From positions 1-55,841 of IMG/VR virus record IMGVR_UViG_3300038460_000023: a stretch of 55,841 bases of DNA. One strand, given 5' to 3'. Of the stretch, positions 40,090-46,749 are shown piece after piece. Source of the stretch: a virus (taxonomy: Duplodnaviria > Caudoviricetes). Both the position numbers and the translations under genes were made by a program. How positions within the stretch are numbered: position 1 is the first letter of the stretch; every line of letters begins with the position of its first letter. The notes below the pieces were generated by a model. It was not told the origin of the DNA. It saw only the letters and a list, made by a program, of their open reading frames with translations, and ran no database searches.

Positions 40090-40405
40090 TTATGTCAATA
40101 CTCGGATATAGATTAAAAATATTTTTATCAACTTTTCTTATTTCTAATCCATTTTTGAATATAAATCCTCGATCATGAATAAATTTAATCACTTCATAAT
40201 CGTTATTCATAGTTCTACTTTTATTTTCAACCTTTCTTTCGATAAAATTGAAATACGTAATCCTGTCTTTTATCCCAATCGTTTCACAAAGGTCAAGAAG
40301 ATTAAATTTACCATTAACGGTTGCAACGAAAGTTTTAGACATTTCTTCTTTCATATTTAGTATTTTTTGCTCTTTAGATATGTGAAACATTTTTACCTTT
40401 GTCAT
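40067..40405 (-). CDS. Hypothetical protein
   Basis: ORF within the operon. Confidence 0.5.
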   Translation of the reverse strand: MTKVKMFHISKEQKILNMKEEMSKTFVATVNGKFNLLDLCETIGIKDRITYFNFIERKVENKSRTMNNDYEVIKFIHDRGFIFKNGLEIRKVDKNIFNLYPSIDIIERRERK

Positions 40406-40407
40406 AG

Positions 40408-40635
40408 CTATTCATTATCAATTATAAATTCGACAGTATCAATTTTCATTCTATCGGTCTTTCTTTTTGCGGCAGCCGGATACTATATTTTTTCACTCTT
40501 AGCAAAAGAGGTTAAAGTTTTTAAACCAAGGATAGCAGATACATCTTGTATGATATTTACAAGTTCGGTATTTTCAACCTCTCCATTATGTATACAAGTC
40601 ATTAACCTGTCGTAAATTAGTTCGCTTCGTGTCAT
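40408..40635 (-). pseudogene. Small ORF interrupted by an in-frame TAG
   Basis: MTRSELIYDR...FAKSEKI*YPAAAKRKTDRMKIDTVEFIIDNE*; TAG at 40483-40485; fills the gap between neighbouring genes. Confidence 0.45.
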
Positions 40636-40681
40636 TGGTTTAAAATTTTAAACTGTGTTTATATAGGTGTTATCGGCAACC

Positions 40682-41089
40682 TTAAGAGTCTCCGGCCGTA
40701 AGTGCATCGTTTAAACTGTCAATTACGTCACCCATATTATAAGCTGCTTGAAATAAGTATTCATCTCCGCCAAGTTCGGCAATGGTTTCGATATGTAATT
40801 TTAAGCAAGCAGACTTATAAATTAAGTCGTTGATAATATTTGTCATTCCCTTTTCAGATGCTTCTTCCATTGATATGGATAAATCATCACCACAGTTTCC
40901 ACACATGGAAGCATCTTCTATATCACTAATACTGTTTTCGCATTTACATTTTCTTCCATTTCCTTCAGCTATTTGAATAGCTTCTAAAACTTTACCCTTT
41001 ACCTGCATTCCTACTTCAGATAAATCCTGGTTCCTTAAAAATATTTCTACAGATTTTAAGGCATTTAACATTTGTTTTTCTTTTGTCAT
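40682..41089 (-). CDS. Cassette 1 gene, hypothetical (CxC...CxxC)
   Basis: 135 aa; stop lies 4 nt from the GTTATCGGC boundary. Confidence 0.7.
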   Translation of the reverse strand: MTKEKQMLNALKSVEIFLRNQDLSEVGMQVKGKVLEAIQIAEGNGRKCKCENSISDIEDASMCGNCGDDLSISMEEASEKGMTNIINDLIYKSACLKLHIETIAELGGDEYLFQAAYNMGDVIDSLNDALTAGDS

Positions 41090-41123
41090 ATATTTAGTTA
41101 TTAATTATTTAACAATAAAGGCA

Positions 41124-41219
41124 GCCGATAACACGCAATATAAAAAATTGGCTATCAAACTGCTGTGTAACTTGAAAGTGACTACAAAGCCAACTTTTCA
41201 TATTGCCACCGTTATACGC
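41124..41219 (+). repeat. attC-like site 1
   Basis: GCCGATAAC AC GCAATAT AAAAAATTGGCT...AGCCAACTTTTC ATATTGC CACC GTTATACGC. Confidence 0.85.
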
Positions 41220-41221
41220 AA

Positions 41222-41425
41222 TTAAGATTCTGCCAACTTTGAGATGGTTGCAATATAAGTTTCATTGCATCTCGTCCTTTGATTTTGCCAATCAATAAAC
41301 TTCTCCATTAGTTTGTCATTACCTGTATTTGAAATCATTTCGACAAGTTCAGTTTCAATTTTTGATAAACTTTCAACTTGCTTTTTATGTATTTCAATTT
41401 TAGTTTGAATTAGTTTTTCATTCAT
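41222..41425 (-). CDS. Cassette 2 gene, hypothetical
   Basis: 67 aa; stop lies 2 nt from the core site. Confidence 0.65.
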   Translation of the reverse strand: MNEKLIQTKIEIHKKQVESLSKIETELVEMISNTGNDKLMEKFIDWQNQRTRCNETYIATISKLAES

Positions 41426-41429
41426 AATT

Positions 41430-41573
41430 TTATTTTTTACGTTTTTTCTTTTTAGGAGTAAAATTTGTTACTTTTTTACGGTGTTTTTTGAAATATCCAT
41501 CTTCAGTAATCCAATCAGGGTCTTCAACTAAAATTATATTTCCGTTTCCGTCTGTTTTCTCAATCATTCTCAT
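41430..41573 (-). CDS. Cassette 2 small basic protein (47 aa)
   Basis: MRMIEKTDGNGNIILVEDPDWITEDGYFKKHRKKVTNFTPKKKKRKK; not in the ORF track. Confidence 0.55.
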   Translation of the reverse strand: MRMIEKTDGNGNIILVEDPDWITEDGYFKKHRKKVTNFTPKKKKRKK

Positions 41574-41603
41574 ATAGTTTCGATTTAAAAATTAATAATA
41601 AAA

Positions 41604-41736
41604 GCGTATAACAACAAATATAAAATAAAGCGGGTTATCTGCGTTTCGTAGCGTCAGCTCGCATCAAAGTTTATTGCAGTTTGATAACTCTGCTCACCAA
41701 ATACCGCTTCATTTCATATTTGCGACCGTTATATGC
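41604..41736 (+). repeat. attC-like site 2
   Basis: GCGTATAAC AA CAAATAT AAAATAAAGCGG...CCGCTTCATTTC ATATTTG CGACC GTTATATGC. Confidence 0.85.
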
Positions 41737-41747
41737 AAGGCGAAGAA

Positions 41748-41924
41748 TCACTCCGAATTAAGTTTAGTGGGAGTAATTTTATTATTTTTTTTGCTCACCC
41801 GCTTTAAAAATTCACGAATAAGCATAGTTGTTTGCCCTCTCATACTTCGGTTAAGCTCTTTACATGCTTTCATATAGTCTGCATGTTCTTGGTCGGTAAG
41901 TTCTACTTTTTCAATAGTTTTCAT
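41748..41924 (-). CDS. Cassette 3 ribbon-helix-helix-like regulator (58 aa)
   Basis: MKTIEKVELTDQEHADYMKACKELNRSMRGQTTMLIREFL...; ATGA overlap with the upstream gene; not in the ORF track. Confidence 0.55.
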   Translation of the reverse strand: MKTIEKVELTDQEHADYMKACKELNRSMRGQTTMLIREFLKRVSKKNNKITPTKLNSE

Positions 41925-42127
41925 CCTTCAGTTATATCGTGATGTCCTAATCCACTAGGGTTATTATTTCCATTCAATAGTGATGTAAAAGGATAGACTA
42001 AATCAGATTCTGGAAATTTAATCAAATACTTTTCTATGTACTTACGAGCTTTTTCTTTATCTCCATTTAATGCAGATTCGGCTATTTTAACCAATTCGGT
42101 ATAGCCTTTAGTTCTTGGTATTTCCAT
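41921..42127 (-). CDS. Cassette 3 hypothetical protein
   Basis: 68-aa ORF in a tight three-gene operon. Confidence 0.6.
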   Translation of the reverse strand: MEIPRTKGYTELVKIAESALNGDKEKARKYIEKYLIKFPESDLVYPFTSLLNGNNNPSGLGHHDITEG

Positions 42128-42128
42128 T

Positions 42129-42344
42129 TTATTTAATTATTACGGTTTTAAGAGTTTTTTCATTAATTAACATCCAGTCTTCATGCCCACCATCATAGAT
42201 ATTTACATCATATGTAAATCTTACTATTTTATATCCAACATTAGACATCTTGTTTTGAATCGTTTTTCCATTTACCATTTTCATACCTGCAAACACTGGT
42301 ACTCTTTTTTCTGTTGTGGCTGTTTTATTACTTATTAAATTCAT
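42129..42344 (-). CDS. Cassette 3 hypothetical protein
   Basis: 71-aa ORF immediately after the internal promoter. Confidence 0.6.
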   Translation of the reverse strand: MNLISNKTATTEKRVPVFAGMKMVNGKTIQNKMSNVGYKIVRFTYDVNIYDGGHEDWMLINEKTLKTVIIK

Positions 42345-42370
42345 GGCTATTTGTTTTAATTATTATACGT

Positions 42371-42402
42371 CAAAATTACGTAATAGTTTCGTAATAAACA
42401 AA
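42371..42402 (-). promoter_or_regulatory. Cassette-internal Bacteroidota sigma-A promoter
   Basis: On the - strand: TTTG-N20-TAATTTTG, with direct repeats TATTACG in the spacer. Confidence 0.65.
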
Positions 42403-42484
42403 TAATTTTAAAGAAAAATAACCCACCCTAAAAAAATAATAAAATTACCTTGCTTCGTGTTAGTTTATAGCTGAAAAACGCCCA

Positions 42485-42580
42485 GCATATAACACCGTAT
42501 ATAAAACATAGCCAGATAGTTTAGCGATTAATTGCAAGGTTCGTGCGTGGCTACGTTTCATATACGCCAACGTTATGTGT
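42485..42580 (+). repeat. attC-like site 3
   Basis: GCATATAAC AC CGTATAT AAAACATAGCCA...TGGCTACGTTTC ATATACG CCAAC GTTATGTGT. Confidence 0.85.
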
Positions 42581-42584
42581 AATA

Positions 42585-42848
42585 CTAAGCCAGTTCGCCA
42601 AATGGATAAAATTGAATAGTAATACCACAATTTGATTCAAGTTCCGCAATTATATGACCATCTTTAAAGCATTGATATACGGTTGTTGTTATATCGTTAT
42701 ACATTCCTTTACCTATTGTTTTTTCAAATGGCTTAATTTCATCGACTTTATGAAATACGGATTCGCATTTTTTATCAGTAGAAAACCAAATTGAGTCTTC
42801 GCCAAATCCGCGTTCAATTGTCCTAATTTTTTGATTTTTAGTTTCCAT
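42585..42848 (-). CDS. Cassette 4 gene, hypothetical
   Basis: METKNQKIR..., ATG at 42848; the frame stays open into attC4. Confidence 0.65.
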   Translation of the reverse strand: METKNQKIRTIERGFGEDSIWFSTDKKCESVFHKVDEIKPFEKTIGKGMYNDITTTVYQCFKDGHIIAELESNCGITIQFYPFGELA

Positions 42849-42862
42849 AATAATAAAGTAAA

Positions 42863-42998
42863 ACACATAACACACGCTCATACGTAACGTGGGTTTTAGT
42901 GCCAATTTGGTACGGTCTGCTTCTAATTTAGTCCAGTAACGTGGGATAAGTAACCGCTTCGAAATCCCACGCTACGCATAGCGTCAACCGTTACCAGC
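42863..42998 (+). repeat. attC-like site 4
   Basis: ACACATAAC AC ACGCT(C)AT ACGTAACGTGGG...CCCACGCTACGC ATAGCGT CAACC GTTACCAGC; one bulged C in the left arm. Confidence 0.85.
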
Positions 42999-43053
42999 AA
43001 TGTTAAAAAAGTGGCGGAGGTTGCTTCTCTGTTGTTCCCGAAGGAGCTTTAAT

Positions 43054-43860
43054 TTATTCACCACTTAAACGGTCTTTTGTTATTTTTATCGCTTTAGGAT
43101 TAATATCACAACCAATAAAATTACGGTTTAATTCTTTGCATACTTCGGCAGTTGTTCCGCTACCTAGATAAAAGTCTGCGACTAAATCACCTTCATTACT
43201 ACTTGCTTTTATTATTCGTTCAATTAATGCTTTTGGTTTTTGAGTATCATATCCAAGCCTTTCTTTTGAAACAGGGTTTAAAAACGGAATATCCCAAACA
43301 TCGTCAACAATTCTATCAGTTTGTATATGGTATTCTATTTCTCCGTTTTCATTTCTTAAACTTTTACCTTTCCCATCATTCTTATTCTGTTTCTTTGGTT
43401 TATTTATTGGCTCTCTAATTTCAGTTACTATATTTTTATTACCATACATCAAAATTACATCGTGCATATTTTGCCACCTATCTTTTGAAGTCATTGTCCA
43501 TCTTTTATACCTCCACGATATTTCATTTTTAAAACAGTTATACCCAAAAACATCATCCATAATACATCTCATCCAATGGTTTATTTTAGTGTCCATTTGT
43601 AAATAAATACTTCCTGTATCTTTTAAAATACGGTGCATTTCTTTTATTCGTGGTATGTAGTGGTTTTCAATTTCACTTCTAATTGGTTTTAAATCTTGGT
43701 AGTCTGCAAACTTCCTACCAGTTCCGTAAAGTATATCACAGTAAATTAAGTCTATTGTGTTACTTTCAATGGTTTTCATTAGCTCCAAATTATCGGAACA
43801 AAAAACACTGCTGGTAACACCGTGTATAGGTAATGTGGGGGTTTGTTGTAATTTAATCAT
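43054..43860 (-). CDS. Cassette 5 DNA methyltransferase (N4-C/N6-A, beta class)
   Basis: IDLIYCDILYG (DPPY variant), YDTQKPKALIERII, VADFYLGSGTT. Confidence 0.88.
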   Translation of the reverse strand: MIKLQQTPTLPIHGVTSSVFCSDNLELMKTIESNTIDLIYCDILYGTGRKFADYQDLKPIRSEIENHYIPRIKEMHRILKDTGSIYLQMDTKINHWMRCIMDDVFGYNCFKNEISWRYKRWTMTSKDRWQNMHDVILMYGNKNIVTEIREPINKPKKQNKNDGKGKSLRNENGEIEYHIQTDRIVDDVWDIPFLNPVSKERLGYDTQKPKALIERIIKASSNEGDLVADFYLGSGTTAEVCKELNRNFIGCDINPKAIKITKDRLSGE

Positions 43861-43943
43861 TTGTTCTCGTATTTAAGTTATTTGTAATTTGACAGGGCAG
43901 TGCTTCGTAATCCCACACTACCCATACACGAACCGTTAGCATT
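43810..43943 (+). repeat. attC-like site 5
   Basis: GCTGGTAAC AC CGTGTAT AGGTAATGTGGG...CCCACACTACCC ATACACG AACC GTTAGCATT. Confidence 0.85.
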
Positions 43944-43947
43944 CATA

Positions 43948-44175
43948 CTAAAACCACGCATCAGCATCATAGGTTTCAGTTAATTTAACAACTCTGAATT
44001 TTACATCTGGAGTTATTTTCTTTTCAGCTTCCGCAAGTTCTTTTGCCTGTTTACGGTTTAAGAATTTATGATAGTATTCTTTTGTCTTTTTATTGTGCGT
44101 ATGATAAACTATTTCAGGTGCTTCACCTTCTTTTTGTGCTTGCACGTAATAATGAATAATTGATTGTTTTGCCAT
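43948..44175 (-). CDS. Cassette 6 gene, hypothetical
   Basis: 75 aa; stop lies 4 nt from the core site. Confidence 0.65.
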   Translation of the reverse strand: MAKQSIIHYYVQAQKEGEAPEIVYHTHNKKTKEYYHKFLNRKQAKELAEAEKKITPDVKFRVVKLTETYDADAWF

Positions 44176-44211
44176 TTTATTTATAAATTAATGATTAATA
44201 ATAAAGTACGA

Positions 44212-44345
44212 AATGCTAACACATAATATAAAAAATTGGGGTTTAATCGGTAATTCCGATTTTTCTACCCGCTTGAAACTTTGTAGCGGTTGATAATGGA
44301 GTAGCCACGCAATCCCCAACTTTTCATATTATCAACGTTAGGCAC
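44212..44345 (+). repeat. attC-like site 6
   Basis: AATGCTAAC AC ATAATAT AAAAAATTGGGG...CCCCAACTTTTC ATATTAT CAAC GTTAGGCAC. Confidence 0.85.
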
Positions 44346-44373
44346 AATACAAAGACCGTGCTTCGTTGATACA

Positions 44374-45174
44374 TTAGTTTAAGTTTGGTATTTGTTCTTT
44401 TAAGTATTTACTAATCATCCAATGTTTAAGTTTAGGTGTTGCTGTCATATTATACAATTCTTTCCAATCAACATTTTGAATGAGTTTCTTAATTTCGTCT
44501 TTAAATTCTGTGTTGTTTATTGTAAAGTATATTTGTTGGCAATATTGCCCCTCATATTCGCATATTTTGCCAATGCTCGAACCAAACCCACACACACTAA
44601 AATCGTAACTTGTAGGTATTTTATCATTTCTACTTTTACCATTTGCAACGCCTCTTAATTCAACATCTTTTAAATCAAAATTTGGTTTCTGATTTAATCC
44701 ATTTGGGTTTCGTTTGTAAATATTTAATACACAATGCACCGTTCTATCACTATATTTTCTTTTTCCCAAATCCTCGCTATAAACCAAATCAAACTCATAC
44801 ATATACATGTTGTTGTTTAATTGGCTTATTGGTAATATAAAAGCCACATAGTCACCTTGTGTTATCGCATTCTTAAAAAACTGCACACTTGTATAATTTC
44901 CTTTGCCGTATGGCGGATTTCCAACAATACACCTACCTTTAAAATAAGGCAAATCTAATTCTAAGTAGTTTTTTTGTTCAATATTTTCCGCTTCGGGTTC
45001 AATATCAAAAGCAAGGTAGTTATTGTCTAAGTAAGGTAAAAATATACCACTCCCCGCACTTGGCTCTAACCATTGGGTTATGTTTTCAACTCCAATTACT
45101 TCCTTTGTTTTCTTCACACAATATTCTGCTAAATCAGAAGGTGTGTAGTATTTGTCTAAATTTATTTTTGCCAT
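44374..45174 (-). CDS. Cassette 7 DNA adenine methyltransferase
   Basis: DKYYTP, LEPSAGSG, GNPPYG and AFILP motifs. Confidence 0.85.
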   Translation of the reverse strand: MAKINLDKYYTPSDLAEYCVKKTKEVIGVENITQWLEPSAGSGIFLPYLDNNYLAFDIEPEAENIEQKNYLELDLPYFKGRCIVGNPPYGKGNYTSVQFFKNAITQGDYVAFILPISQLNNNMYMYEFDLVYSEDLGKRKYSDRTVHCVLNIYKRNPNGLNQKPNFDLKDVELRGVANGKSRNDKIPTSYDFSVCGFGSSIGKICEYEGQYCQQIYFTINNTEFKDEIKKLIQNVDWKELYNMTATPKLKHWMISKYLKEQIPNLN

Positions 45175-45197
45175 AATTTTGAATTTAATAAAGTACT

Positions 45198-45292
45198 GTG
45201 CCTAACACAGTGTATAAGCAATGGCACGGAAAGTTAGTGCTAATTTGAAAGTGCGTACAAGTGCCACTGCTCATACACGAAACGTTATGGGC
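45198..45292 (+). repeat. attC-like site 7
   Basis: GTGCCTAAC ACA GTGTAT AAGCAATGGCAC...GTGCCACTGCTC ATACAC GAAAC GTTATGGGC. Confidence 0.85.
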
Positions 45293-45337
45293 AACCGTAA
45301 GACCGCTCCGAAGAACAGTCCTACGAACCCCAAACTT

Positions 45338-45631
45338 TTACAATATGACATTTTTAGCCATATTGATTTCTTTGTTAGAAAGTAGCCGATAACATTGTTC
45401 AAATACTTTCTTTGGTGACCAACTAACATATCCATCTTCGTAAGTGACCATATAGCCATCGCCATAAGTTTCACGGTCTGAAATGTCTTGTTTCTTAACG
45501 TTCTTGTAAAAGTCTGTCTCTGTCATTGGAACTCCTTTTACAATTTTAGTTCCAACATAGAGTTCCGTATTTAGATACTCTTGTCTTGAATTAATGCACG
45601 AAGGCTGGAAATCATCTTTTATGTCGTCCAT
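45338..45631 (-). CDS. Cassette 8 phage protein (YxGTK...GYxVxYEDGYxSWSPK domain)
   Basis: YVGTKIVKGVPMT...GYMVTYEDGYVSWSPKKVFEQCY; I recall this domain as often fused to DUF2829-type proteins. Confidence 0.7.
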   Translation of the reverse strand: MDDIKDDFQPSCINSRQEYLNTELYVGTKIVKGVPMTETDFYKNVKKQDISDRETYGDGYMVTYEDGYVSWSPKKVFEQCYRLLSNKEINMAKNVIL

Positions 45632-45684
45632 AGTATTAATTGGATTTTATAAAGCCCGTCCAAGGCTATATCTTAAAAACGGCA

Positions 45685-45784
45685 GCCCATAACACGTTGT
45701 ATACGTCAGTTTTGCTGAATAATTTCGTATAAATTGGTAGCTGTGTGCAGGCAAAACCGAACGCATACAACCACCATTATTATT
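45685..45784 (+). repeat. attC-like site 8 (terminal, degenerate core)
   Basis: GCCCATAAC AC GTTGTAT ACGTCAGTTTTGC...GCAAAACCGAACGC ATACAAC CACC ATTAT (ATT in place of GTT at 45776). Confidence 0.75.
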
Positions 45785-46292
45785 TTGTTTTACTCTTCTT
45801 AGAAAGGGCCGGGATTGGATCTGGAATAGAGTCGCCCTCCCGGCCCGATGCAAAGTTCTCGGCATAGAATTTTTGCATATTTGAATAATAGTGCATCGCA
45901 TCTTCGACGCTCATCTTTTTAGTTGTTAACCGGAATGGAGTTTTAAAAAACTTTCCAGTTCTGATGTCTTTTAGAGACGGTATGGCCTCCCATTCCTTTT
46001 TAAGCCTTTCTTTGTAATCTTCTGGAAGGCAATAGTACATACAAAATTCGTGGGTTTGCTCCTTGGAAGGATTCTCAAAATGACCGGTTTCTTTTAGCAC
46101 TCTATTGAAAAATGCGTAAGGAATGCCCCACATTGCATTGTTCTGGTCAAGACTTCTTATGTTTTCAACCTTTTCAATAGTGTATATGTAGCGACCATAT
46201 TTAAGATTCGAAATGGCATCTTGGAATTTTTCTCTTTCGTGAATTTCCTTTTTGCCAGTTTCGGTTACATCAACCCATGTTTGTATTTTCAT
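45780..46292 (-). CDS. NinB-like protein
   Basis: RSLDQNNAMWG and TTKKMS.ED...Y...IPDP motifs. Confidence 0.6.
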   Translation of the reverse strand: MKIQTWVDVTETGKKEIHEREKFQDAISNLKYGRYIYTIEKVENIRSLDQNNAMWGIPYAFFNRVLKETGHFENPSKEQTHEFCMYYCLPEDYKERLKKEWEAIPSLKDIRTGKFFKTPFRLTTKKMSVEDAMHYYSNMQKFYAENFASGREGDSIPDPIPALSKKSKTK

Positions 46293-46567
46293 TCTGTTGC
46301 TTTTTTAATAGCTTCTTTCATTTGAGCATAACTACTATATAATTCACTTTTAGTTTCTCCGAAGTCGCATTTTCTTATGAATTCGACACATGCTTCAAGT
46401 AATTCGGGAGCGGCGGCAGCTAATTTTGCATTATAACATGCCCTGCTGCACGAATCCTGATCAAGCAGATCTGGATCTCCATATTCATCCTTTCTTTGGA
46501 AGCTATATCTTCCGGCATACTCTACGGCGAACCAAGGCCCCGGCGTGTGTTTTAAATTATCACTCAT
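46289..46567 (-). CDS. Phage protein (HTPGPW...NAKLAAAAPELLEA family)
   Basis: Characteristic family motifs. Confidence 0.7.
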   Translation of the reverse strand: MSDNLKHTPGPWFAVEYAGRYSFQRKDEYGDPDLLDQDSCSRACYNAKLAAAAPELLEACVEFIRKCDFGETKSELYSSYAQMKEAIKKATE

Positions 46568-46749
46568 TCTATTTTATTTAATTCGTTTTCAACTTCACTA
46601 TCATTCATTGAATATATTATCAATCCAATAATTGTATCATCGACATGGTTGTATATCCATTCCTTACGCTCAGTTTTCGACATTGTTTTTGTTACAATGT
46701 TTGACAATTCGGATCTTTCGTTGCTGTTTTTGTTATCCACTTTACTTAT
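46564..46749 (-). CDS. Hypothetical protein (start uncertain)
   Basis: C-terminal part (MSKTERKEWIYN...) is coupled to the next gene; the ORF-track extension overlaps the ATPase gene. Confidence 0.3.
   Translation of the reverse strand: MSKVDNKNSNERSELSNIVTKTMSKTERKEWIYNHVDDTIIGLIIYSMNDSEVENELNKIE

Larger units (their letters stand above)
40669..45784 (+). mobile_element. Integron-like gene cassette array (8 cassettes, no integrase in the window)
   Basis: Eight TAAC...(G)TTA hairpins; each cassette is bounded by exactly complementary 9-mers. Confidence 0.85.

Noticed and set aside
41124-45784. Cassette hairpins as simple terminators, REP elements or CRISPR repeats
   Set aside because: They lack consistent U-tracts, their primary sequence diverges, and none of these explains the cross-cassette 9-mer complementarity.
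45271-45901. ORFs 45271-45474 and 45647-45901
   Set aside because: They overlap better-supported genes and run through attC-like hairpins; likely shadow frames.
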